In this document: one piece after another, positions 25,256-40,742 of the stretch
How the letters are laid out: each line of letters begins with the position of its first letter
Numbering within the stretch: position 1 is the stretch's first letter
Assembly: GCF_006345805.1 (NCBI RefSeq)
Contig: NC_042997.1
Span: forward strand, 165,664,001-165,728,000
DNA length: 64,000 bases
DNA from: Octopus sinensis
Lineage: Eukaryota
Direction: 5' to 3'
Notes under the pieces: model-generated
The model's database searches: none
Seen by the model: the letters and a program-made list of their open reading frames with translations, nothing else
Told to the model about the DNA's origin: nothing
Translations under genes and position numbers: made by a program

Positions 25256-25260
<5 letters not shown>
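23075..25260. repeat. About 2.2-kb cryptic (TG/TA/CG) simple-sequence array
   Basis: Directly visible. It generates the His/Thr and Cys/Val pseudo-ORFs. Confidence 0.95.
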
Positions 25261-25261
<1 letters not shown>

Positions 25262-25294
<33 letters not shown>

Positions 25295-25480
25295 TATAAA
25301 ATATTAGAAAAAAACCCACCTATTATCAATTCAAAATGAATAATTAAATTACACCATCTAGAAAATTACATATCATAGAAAAGTTAAAATTAAAATAACA
25401 ATTAAAAAGTAAAGATTAAGTAAATTACAAAAATAATATAAAGTATATAATAGGTAAAATATATACATATACATACATAT

Positions 25481-25519
<39 letters not shown>

Positions 25520-26041
25520 CTTAATGCTCTACTATATTAAATTGTAAATTGAAAGATTTGTCCTTCAATGTATGATGAGTAAAATTTCATAAAGTCCATA
25601 CTTGAAAAAGAGACTCTCTTGTGTTGAAGTTACAAATTACAGAATATAAACTGACAACTACTGAGTCTGTTGTCTGATCTTCAATTGATTTAGTCTAATA
25701 TCTCACTGATTGACAGTTAAATAAATATTAAGTTTTATCATACAGTAGCAACTGGTTCCACAAATTAAAGTGAAATGGTTTCATTCAAATAGTAGGATAG
25801 CCTTTGTTCAATGCTGTATTTTCAAAAACCAAAACATAGGTGTAGAACTCTGTGTGCGTGTGTGTGTGTGTTGTGTGTGTGTGTGTGTGAGTGTGTGCGT
25901 GCACACACATGTGTGGTGTGTGTGTGTGTGTGCGTGTGTGTGTGTGTGTGTGAGTTTAATACAGTTTACTTAGCAAATTTGGTCCTTCATCTGGTACAGC
26001 CTATTATAGATATATTTTCAGCCATTCAATTTGTGGGAGAA
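25262..26041 (+). repeat. Duplication block C (inverted copy at about 33395-34252)
   Basis: Reverse-complement match throughout. Confidence 0.92.
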
Positions 26042-26745
26042 CTTAGTTATGAAGTATTTTTCCATATTCCTCCTGAATGAGGTGTCGTTCTTTGGACATT
26101 GGTAGAAGGGAAAGATCTTAAAATTTCCTTCTGCACATGTAGCTAGGTGTGGACTCAGTGGTATCCTGCGCAGTTCTTCCTGTCGAACATGTCGGTGAAT
26201 CCTGGCTCGTTGGCACAAAGAATTTCCAGTTTCACCTATGTAATCTTCCTTGCAAGTGGGGCAGGTTATGCAGTATATTACGTTCTACCTCTTGCAGTTC
26301 ATATCTGCATTTACTTTAAATATGTGACCACTTTTAAATTTCATTTCTTTGTCTCCCTCTATTTATTTGTAGGTGGGGTTGCTGCAGATCCCACATCTAC
26401 CATCTCCGCACTCTTTTGCAAAGAATTCAGTATTAGTTTCTGATGAGAATTTCGCTCTTGTTAGATGTTTCTTTAGGTTTTTGTCTTGTCGTCTACTGTT
26501 TTTTATTATGCAAAATTTGTTTTAGTAGTTTTCCATTTTGGGGCTTTGTAAGGCTATTGGCAGGTTTGAATGTATGATTTGAACATGTTGTAATTCCAGG
26601 GTTGTGTGCGTGTTTATGAAAGGGATAATGTTTTCTTTGTTTTTTTGTTTTGGGTGTCCTGAGTTGTGTGATGTCTAGTTTCATTGCTTTTGTGATTCCA
26701 ATTTCTATTAGTTTCAGGGGGAATTTTTGCTCTAGTAGGACTCTC
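26020..26745 (-). mobile_element. Penelope-like element, linker and GIY-YIG fragment
   Basis: QKFPLKLIEIGITKA..HNP; NVIYCITCPTCKEDYIGETGNSLCQRARIHR..KIFPFY..EKYFITKF. Confidence 0.85.
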
Positions 26746-26921
26746 CTACCCTTCACAAGAGATGACACAGGTGGTAATTTCCCATATATTTGCATTTTAG
26801 TTGGATGGCGCCTCCACGAGAGATTTTGAGCTCTCATAAGGAGGCGAGTGTAGGTTCCATCCAACCGCCTCTCAAGCTTCTTTGATAACGTCCAGGTTTC
26901 TGAGCCATATAGTAGGAGAAC
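26746..26921 (-). mobile_element. RTE-type LINE fragment (second family)
   Basis: VLLLYGSETWTLSKKLERRLDGTYTRLLMRAQNLSW. Confidence 0.8.
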
Positions 26922-27768
26922 CCAAGCATTTCTTGATTTCTGTGTAGATCTGTTTTTACATAGCCCAGTACACATATGATAATTAGGAGCAAATGAAAAT
27001 CCGTAGCCTGTGTGTAAGAGCTACAGGTTTCTCATTAGTTCTCCATAAATATTCTCCTTTTCCCTAATTTTTGAAGACACATTCACATTTTCTGGGCAAC
27101 TGATCTTAACAACAGTGCATAACTTTTATTCCCTGTCCCATGTCTGGCCTGCTGTTCTTACACCGGGTTGTTTGTATTGGAATGTTCCACTAGTCTACCT
27201 ATATAAAAGGGGAAAAAAAAACATGCACACTTTGGCTTTGGTAAGGATTCAATGGCACTAGATGTGCTAGGATTGAGCTGAAAATTTACACACCTATAGA
27301 AGGCATGGTGTAGTTATGGCCAGAGTAGGTTTCAAGTCTCTATCTCGATAGCAAAATTTCCAATTCTATCTCGATAACAAAAATTCCAATTCTAAAGGGT
27401 TGAAACAAACCCGAGCAACGTTGGGCGATACTGCTAGTATTCTATAATTTTATACATGTGGCTACTCTCCGGTTCTGCTGTTCCACTGGTATAGCAGTCT
27501 GGACAATCCTTCCTGTGTGTAATACTGTAAACTACCTTAGCAACAATGTCATGTCTCATGGTAAGGTAGTATCTTGAAAATATTTTCAGAAAGCTACTGA
27601 TAATATGAGTGATATCCACACTGGTATGACACAATCAACACTTTCTGACACAGCATGGAGGTTTAGAGGTATCTTCATCTCTTTTGTTGACCAAGTATTT
27701 AGTATCTCTTGTTCTTGGATAGCAAAGGCATAACTTTCTTGGTCAGATGTAATTTACTTATCACAAGT
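26915..27768 (-). mobile_element. R4/Dong-like (restriction-like endonuclease) LINE 3' fragment; duplication block E, copy 1
   Basis: HIISS..YYLTMRHDIVAK, WNIPIQT..NSRPD. The paralogue at 36231-37067 continues the LINE to about 37330. Confidence 0.75.
27194..27437 (+). mobile_element. Helitron-like non-autonomous insertion, 244 bp (paralogue 36497-36738)
   Basis: 5' tctacctatataaaag; 3' hairpin cccga-gcaacg-ttggg followed by CTAG. It interrupts the LINE reading frame. Confidence 0.55.
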
Positions 27769-28215
27769 TTGAAAAGGTGCTCAGAGTTACTGTTAGTAAG
27801 ATGATTAATAATTTTATGGGTGTCTACCTAGTCAGTTGCCAGACGTCGGAGTTTCAATGTATCCATTCCCAGGGAAGTAAGGCATTCAGAATATGGCAAA
27901 TGCCTGATGGAGAGTATTCACTTGGTTGCACGTCGCTGAATGGTTTCCAGACGATTACTCATTAACCAAGATGGCATTGTAAGTAGAACTACTAGAGAAA
28001 TTTTTATCCTTAACAGCCCATTTTGCTTCTAAATTCGTTGTGCACATTAAATAGGATGCCTCTAAAATTTACCTTTACCGCTCTACAAGTGTGAAATGTT
28101 TCAAACTAATAAAGCCACCTAGGTACAGGAAACCCCACTTCGATCCACGGCTGAAATGGTAAAAGGGGAGGCAACTCTTTCCCATCTCAAAAAGAATCTT
28201 ATTTTCTTCCTTTCT

Positions 28216-33389
<5,174 letters not shown>

Positions 33390-33564
33390 TGAAATTCTCC
33401 CCCAAATTGAATGGCTGAAAATATCTCTATAATAAGCTGTACCAGATGAAGGACCAAATTTGCTAAGTAAACTGTATTAAACACACACACACACACACGC
33501 AGACACACACACACACGCAGACACACACACACACGCACACACACACATACACACACACACACAC

Positions 33565-33612
<48 letters not shown>

Positions 33613-33958
33613 GAGTTCTACACATATGTTTTGGTTTTTGAAAATACAGCATTGAACAAAGGATATCCTAATATTTGAATGAAACCATTTCACTTTAATT
33701 TGTGGAACCAGTTGCTCCTGTATGATAAAACTTAATATTTATTTAACTGTCAATCAGTGAGATATTAGACTAAATCAATTGAAGATCAGACAACAGACTT
33801 AGTAGTTGTCAGTTTGTATTCTGTCATTTGTAACTTCAACACAAGAGAGTCTCTTTTTCAAGTATGGACTTTATGAAATTTTACTCATCATACATTGAAG
33901 GACAAATCTTTCAATTTACAATTTAATATAGTAGAGCATTTAGTATATATATATATAT

Positions 33959-34043
<85 letters not shown>

Positions 34044-34212
34044 ATGTATATGTATATATTTTACCTATTATATACATTATATTATTTTTGTAATTTACTT
34101 AATCTTTACTTTTTAATTGTTATTTTAATTTTAACTTTTCTATGATATGTAATTTTCTAGATGGTGTAATTTAATTATTCATTTTGAATTGATAAAAGGT
34201 GGTTTTTTTCTA

Positions 34213-34253
<41 letters not shown>

Positions 34254-34258
<5 letters not shown>

Positions 34259-34548
34259 CGTATTTTTGCCATTTCAATATGGCTAACCCCTAAGGGTGGA
34301 TGCTACTGTAGTTTTTAGCCCCAGGAGGACACACTCCTCCAGCTGGCCATAGACACACTTTCTGTGTCCTGTCAGTATTTGCAAAGGGAAGTCATCCTTC
34401 CCGTCTTCAACTTATGATACACACGGACTCGAGTTTCGAGGTATTGACCTCTCGTCAGCGTGTGACAATCATAGTTGTCGGCGAGAATTAGATCTCCTTC
34501 ACAAATACTTATACTTTTTTCCAGCGCCCACTGTCGCTGATATTGAAA
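34254..34548 (-). mobile_element. Non-coding hammerhead-bearing repeat (PLE pseudo-LTR or retrozyme-like)
   Basis: A GC-richer 300-bp insert between a TA tract and block D', with no counterpart at the paralogous position. It contains an intact hammerhead. Confidence 0.6.
34420..34464 (-). ncRNA. Type I hammerhead ribozyme, fully canonical
   Basis: Minus strand reads CACACG-CUGACGA-GAGGU[CAAU]ACCUC-GAAAC-UCGA-GUC-CGUGUG. Stem I extends past an internal loop to UAUGAU/AUCAUA. Confidence 0.88.
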
Positions 34549-34652
34549 TAGTGGTATAAATATCAACACAATTATTTCTCCTTCCTCTTTTCCTCTTCTC
34601 ATTTCTTCCCTTCTCCAAACTGACAGATACCCCCCACACACACACACGCACG

Positions 34653-34697
<45 letters not shown>

Positions 34698-35336
34698 CCA
34701 CAAAACAATCATAAAAAGAATTCTTCTTCTCTAAACCCAAAAAACCATTTGACCATCTCTCATTAAACACATACACACACACACTCTCTCTCACAATGAT
34801 AAAAAGAAATATAATTTATGGTCTACCTCCCTGCACCACACACTCAATAACACTATGAAATGGTCAAAACTGAAATTCTTTTCCCCCAAGATCTTAGACC
34901 CCCTTGGAGTAAGCATGCTGTCCAGCAGAGCAAATAAAATTCTTTCCTTCTTCTTCCTTCTCCCTTCCCCTCTTTTTCTTTAGCACTCATTCCAAATACA
35001 AAAGCATACACACACACACACACATGCTCTCTCTCTCACTTTCTCCTCATCCATCACCCTCTTGTACTGTCTTATATTCCTCCCCACCACTACAAACTCA
35101 ATGCCACTATAAAATGGTCAAAACTTTTCACACAGGAACTTAGTTTGATTTGAAAACCCCACTAGAATGGGAGGAAGGGCTAATACATGATCTAAGTTAT
35201 ATGATGTATAAAAAATGTAATATACAAATAAATATCTGTAAATATAAACCATCTGATTTTCTGAGTACCTCATTTCTTCTAATATAAAGTACCCGTACAT
35301 CATCTCCAAATCTTCCAATATATATATATATATATA

Positions 35337-35561
35337 TAAGTAATACTAAGCAATAAGGGTTTAGCAACGAGTTGCCTTACCACATACCGAATTTAGAAAT
35401 AGCAGTCAAAGGGTTATAGCTATTTCTTCTACTAAAAAGGGAGATCTCAGAGATCTCCCTTTTTAGTAGAAGAAATAGCTATAACCCTTTGACTGCTATT
35501 TCTAAATTCGGTATGTGGTAAGGCAACTCGTTGCTAAACCCTTATTGCTTAGTATTACTTA
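35337..35561. repeat. Perfect palindrome: 112-bp arms, 1-nt spacer
   Basis: 35337-35448 equals the reverse complement of 35450-35561 with no mismatch found. The centre is gagatctc[a]gagatctc. Confidence 0.97.
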
Positions 35562-35655
35562 AATTTTCCTCGAATGAGGCTTTTACATGCCGAAGACTAC
35601 TTGGTGTAATTGATAATTTTTCCAAATTAATTAATTTCACCCTTCATTATTACGG

Positions 35656-35696
<41 letters not shown>

Positions 35697-36040
35697 TAGC
35701 ATTAAGGGTTTTAACTTATAATTTTAGCAATATATATATATATAGCATCGTCAGTCCCGATTAAATTTTTCCTTTATGGCTTTATATTGTGTAAACACAT
35801 TACCATATTACTAAATTAACCATAAATTTATATGATACATATATACTGACAGAGGTTTTAGCTGAACCATCCAAGTAATTGGGATAGACACAAGTGATGA
35901 GTCTGCAATTACCAGACAAAACTAGTCTAGTCCAGTGGTTTTCCAGCTTTGCTCATGGATGATTACCTCCCTTGTCAGTGTGTGCGTGCGTGTGTGTGTG
36001 TGTGTGGTGTGTGTGTGTGTGTGTGTGTGTGCGTGTGTGT

Positions 36041-36087
<47 letters not shown>

Positions 36088-36230
36088 TGTGTGCGTGCGT
36101 GTGCAACTTTAAGGGTTTTAACTCATATTTCTAGCACTATAGGTGCTATTCAGCACCCTTAGTCACAATTAGTGACCGATTATGTATGTGTGTATGTAAG
36201 TAAATCAATCAGTTTGCTCTGTCCATTTTG

Positions 36231-37330
36231 GGAGAACCCAAGCATTTCTTGATTTCTGTGTAGATCTGTTTTTACATAGTCCAGTACACATATGATAATT
36301 AGGAGCAAACGAAAATCCGTAGCCTGTGTGTAAGAGCTACAGGTTTCTCATTAGTTCTCCATTTCCCTAATTTTTGAAGACACATTCACATTTTCTGGAC
36401 AACTGATCTTAACAACAGTGCATAACTTTTATTCCCTGTCCCATGTCTGGCCTGCTGTTCTTACACCGGTTTGTTTGTATTGGAATGTTCCACTAGTCTA
36501 CCTATATAAAAGGGGAAAAAAACTTGCACACTTTGGCTTTGGTAAGGATTCAATGGCACTAGACGTGCTAGGATTGAGCTGAAAATTTACACACTTATAG
36601 AAGGCGTGGTGTAGTTATGGCCAGAGTAGGTTTCAAGTCTCTATCTCGATAACAAAAATTCCAATTCTATCTTGATGACAAAAATTCTAATTCTAAAGGG
36701 TCGAAACAAACCCGAGCAACGCCAGGCGATACTGCTAGTATTCTATTTTTATACATGTGGCTACTCTCCAGTTCTGCTGTTCCACTGGTATAGCAGTCTG
36801 GATTATCCTTCCTGTGTGTAATACTGTAAACTGCCTTAGCAACAATGTCATGTCTCATGGTAAGGTAGTATCTTGAAAATATTTTCAGATAGCTACTGAT
36901 AATATGAGTGATATCCACACTGGTATGACACAATCAACACTTTCTGACACAGCATGGAGGTTCAGAGGTATCTTTATCTCTTTTGTTGACTTAGTATTTA
37001 GTATCTCTTGTTCTTGGATTGCAAAGGCATAACTTTCTTGGTCAGATGTAATTTACTTATCACAAGTCCAGGAGATGCTACTATTCCTGTCAATGTTGCT
37101 GACATTCTCTAGCATGGGATAGGTACCCATGCATAACTTTTTCTGCGAATACGATGAGTGTTTCTCCTCCAAGTCTCTAAGTAGAATAGTTGAGCCACTC
37201 TTGGTTCACATAGAGCGACTGTAAACGTACTGTAGGCCTACTTGTTCAAGAATATTCTCTACTTATCTTACGATTTTGAGTATATATGTGATGTACTTTT
37301 TTATCTCTTTACAATTAAGTTTGGTCTAAG
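36231..37330 (-). mobile_element. R4/Dong-like LINE 3' fragment, copy 2 (longer)
   Basis: Paralogue of 26915-27768 that continues upstream through MHGY. Confidence 0.75.
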
Positions 37331-38124
37331 TGGAATAATGAAGCACTCAGAGGCAGTATATTTTATGCCTCTACTTCCATTCCACTGTTTAACATAGACC
37401 CAGTGTCTCTGTTGATTTGGAAATTACCAGCCAGCTTTATAGGTCGATTAAAAGAGAAGGGCAGTTCATATAAAATTGACTGCAAGCAGATGGAACAAAT
37501 TTGGGTCACACTGCAACAGAATCAGTCTGTTACAAACTTTGCTTAGCCAAGAGGACAATAATTCAAAAATAATCGCATGACAGAAAATTCATTCTAGAAA
37601 CGTGGCTTTCCACATTTGTGTATTAGAAAACGGAAAAATCGTACGTAGGTACAGGAAACCCACTTCGATCCACGGCTGAAATCGTAAAAGGGGAGACAAC
37701 TCTTCCATCTCAAAAAGAATTTATTTGCTTCCTTTTTCATTTTTAGTTTTGTATTTTTGCCACCAAAGTGATCATTTACTTCCATTAGTAAAAATACTTA
37801 TATGCTTCGGGACAGTCGTCTATATTGCCATATGCAATACTAAAAGCGAAACCAATGGTTACTTTCTGACTGGTCGTGTGCCACAATCAAGAATATACTA
37901 CTTGACTACATAAATGTATAAAATGTATTTCTTTTAGGGTGTATATTTTTCTTGAGTTACTTCACGCTCTCCTGGTCTCAGAGTGTATCGCAATAAGTCA
38001 CCATGTAATTGGTGTTTTATAGCTGCTCCGCTGGCTGTGCGCATATACATAGTCACGAGAGGGCTTGTTTTATATTCATGGAATTCTATGATTTATATGT
38101 TTTATATTCATGGAATTCTATGAT

Positions 38125-39460
38125 TTCGGTTACTCTACCAAAGATGTTCCCATGCCGTCAAACAAAATCTACACTAGGATGGTATCGGAAAGCAAACAAG
38201 ACGCATGGGATTGAAATCCCACTTCTATGATCGAGTAGCACCACCCTCAGAATCCAATACTTACAACATCAAATCTAAGATTTCTACCCAGACTCAACGA
38301 ACTGGAGGCTTTCGAAGCAGATTTGCAGAGATACTCCCCAAATTGAAATACCGTAATTTCTTCAACCTTTTTCAACGCAAGCTTACTTCAGATCCACCCT
38401 TAAAAATTAAGATAAAACAAAAAAAACTATGCAGAGTAGATACGGTACTTATGATAGACAGGCTTCCACTCGTACATACGATGGCATAACTAGCAAAGCC
38501 AAGCAGTTAGCGCTCTGGGTATAACTAACAAAGTGGGGACTTTAGCTACGAGGAATGCATTTATTACCATCAAGAATCATAAGCTGAACTTCGCTTCCAA
38601 TCTAGTCCTATCTGATAAACCCAAATAAATCGGAAATCGGGCTGATGAGCGAGCATAATTTGAGGAAGATAAACAACAACACAAAGAAGGTATTCCGCTC
38701 TTTTCTTGTGGTGTAATACTAATAAAGTAATTTCATGGTTTAAGGCAAACCAGAGTAGGGACAGAGCACGGTTCATCCCATTCGATATAGTGGACTTAAT
38801 CCATATTTATCGAAAGGATTACTAGAAAGGGCATTTGTATTCGCAAAGGAACTAACTAACGTTAGTGATAGAAATATAGCGGTATAATGCACATCAGAAA
38901 AGACCCAGAAGGTTCCTTCGATGTGGCAATAGGAGTATTCGACAGCGCAGATATCTGCGGCCTCATGATTATAAATACTTGACACCTTAAGTAAGAGGTT
39001 CTCATCAGTCTGCTTTGGTTTCGTATATAGCGATGAAGTTTTAACCATTTCTAGAAGTGCGAGTGGGCACACCTGAACAGGACCTGATTCACACACTTAA
39101 CTCCCTTGGTCTTAAGGTTACCATAGCATTGAGACCAACTTTACAATAGGTAACCTTTTTTTAGATATTATACTCGGTTTAGGATCAGTGAGAATTCAAA
39201 CCTATCCTCGAATAAAAACATTTTTTACACAGCGAAACTCTGATAGCCAGCCGGTTTAAGGACAGCATCATCTATATTTCGGTACCTGACATCCTCAAAA
39301 TAAAGCGTCGTCATAAAGTCATTTAGCTGGTCTCACTCACTCAGCGACAAAACCTACGTGGGAAAGGGTCTTCCTTAGATTAGCAGATAAGCGTTTCACA
39401 CAATCCCATAGATATAGATTATGGTCTTCCCCGTCTGAGAACTACAAAAAGTAAAATGGT
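38125..39460 (+). mobile_element. Naiad-type Penelope-like element, N-terminus and RT, decayed
   Basis: FGYSTKDVPMPSNKIY; RMGLKSHF; KYRNFFNLFQRKLTSD; RKDPEGSFDVAIGVFDSADICGL (38917); GLKVTI; TFLDIIL. Many frameshifts. Confidence 0.7.
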
Positions 39461-39647
39461 ACTCAGGAAATCCGTACGAAACAGGAATCGTAGAAGGGGA
39501 GGCAACTCTTTCACTAAGGTTGTATAGTTATTTCCATCAGTAAAGAGGCTATATGTTCCCAGCTAGCATATCTGATGTGTTGTTTATCACTAAGTACAAT
39601 AGTCGACGCGAAACCAAAGGTAACTTTCCTATCAGTTATATGCCGAC

Positions 39648-40122
39648 CCCTCCACTTCGCATATCTTCCCAAACCGACTCCTCCCCTTCTTCAAACGAGC
39701 CTGCAACCTACGAGACCTCTTGGTCCACAGCTTCTTCCCTAATCCAACCTCCCAACCCGGCTCGTTCCCCTGCTCCCGCCCACGCTGTCGCACTTGCCTT
39801 TACCTCTCCAACACCGCCCTCCTCACAGGCACACATTATTGACCCTATCACTGACTCCTTCACCTACACCTAGCAACGTCATCTACTGCATCTCCTGCTC
39901 TCTCTGCCCTTCTCTATACATCGGTCAAACGGGACGCCGCTTGGTTGACCGGTTCGCGGAACACCTCTGAGACATCCGACTAGGCAACCACACCCCGGTC
40001 TTGCGCCATTTCCGCTCTACCGGTCACTCTTTACAACACCTGTCTGTGTTCGGATTGTCATTGCACAGGGGCCGTCCGGACTCCCGTCTTCGCCATGAGC
40101 AGAGATTAATCTTCTCTCTTCG
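39648..40122 (+). mobile_element. Neptune-type Penelope GIY-YIG fragment
   Basis: KRACNLRDLLVHS..FPCSRPRCRTC..SNVIYCISCSLCPSLYIGQTGRRLVDRFAEHL..HFRSTGHS..RHEQRLIFSL. Confidence 0.85.
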
Positions 40123-40369
40123 TGGATGATGGTGTAGGTGCTAGGAAGTGGTCAGTGCTAGTGTGTGGGTGATGAGAAATGGTCAGTGTGAGTGTGTGCG
40201 GGCTAGTGTGATATGGTGTGCTGTGGTATGGTGGTGTGGTGGTGTGTGGTGTGGTGTGGTGGAGGCGAGAGTGGGGGTTATCATGGGTGGGGTCTAAGGA
40301 ATTGTATTGGGATACTTGGGTTGGAATGTGTAGGAGTGGGGTTACAGAAGAGAACCAGTCATTTTTTAT

Positions 40370-40742
40370 GACAATGCTCGACCTCACGTTTCAATAATGA
40401 CGCTCCAGAAGTTGACGGAACTTGGCTACGAAGTTCTTCTCCACCTAGCTTATTCCCCAGACCGTTCTCCTACTCACTACCACTTTTTCAAGCACCTTTG
40501 ATGGTTTCCTGCGAGAGAATGAGTTCAAAAACCAAACCGATGCTGAAAGTGCGTTTGAAGAGTTCATCAGCTCCAGAACTCCAAATTGTCATGTTACCAG
40601 AATAAACAAACTTGTAACTCATTGCAAAAATGTGTTGATTGTAATGGTACTTACTTAGATAAATAAAATTTCCGCATTGTTGAAATATATTGTGATGAAT
40701 TTCATGTTTTAAAATGTTGCTTACTTTTTACTCAGCCTGATA
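40370..40742 (+). mobile_element. Second mariner, 3' fragment with right TIR
   Basis: DNARPHV..AYSPDRSPTHYHFFKHL; ends ttactttttactcagcctga|ta. Confidence 0.85.

Noticed and set aside
22982-25339. Long His/Thr-rich and Cys/Val-rich ORFs (up to 450 aa)
   Set aside because: They are translations of a stop-poor CA/TG simple repeat, open in several frames. The same applies to the YI, HT and CV ORFs elsewhere in the window.
25568-25610. Hammerhead-like tgatga-gta..tac-ttgaaa
   Set aside because: The core C is missing and no stem I, stem III or cleavage triplet can be formed.
26493-26975. 160-aa ORF as a novel RTE-Penelope fusion protein
   Set aside because: It runs by chance across three adjacent fragments (R4-like, RTE, PLE), and the PLE part shifts frame.
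38773-39096. Minus-strand 107-aa ORF resembling a DNA-transposase motif
   Set aside because: The plus strand of the same DNA gives clearer PLE RT motifs (FDVAIGVFDSADIC).
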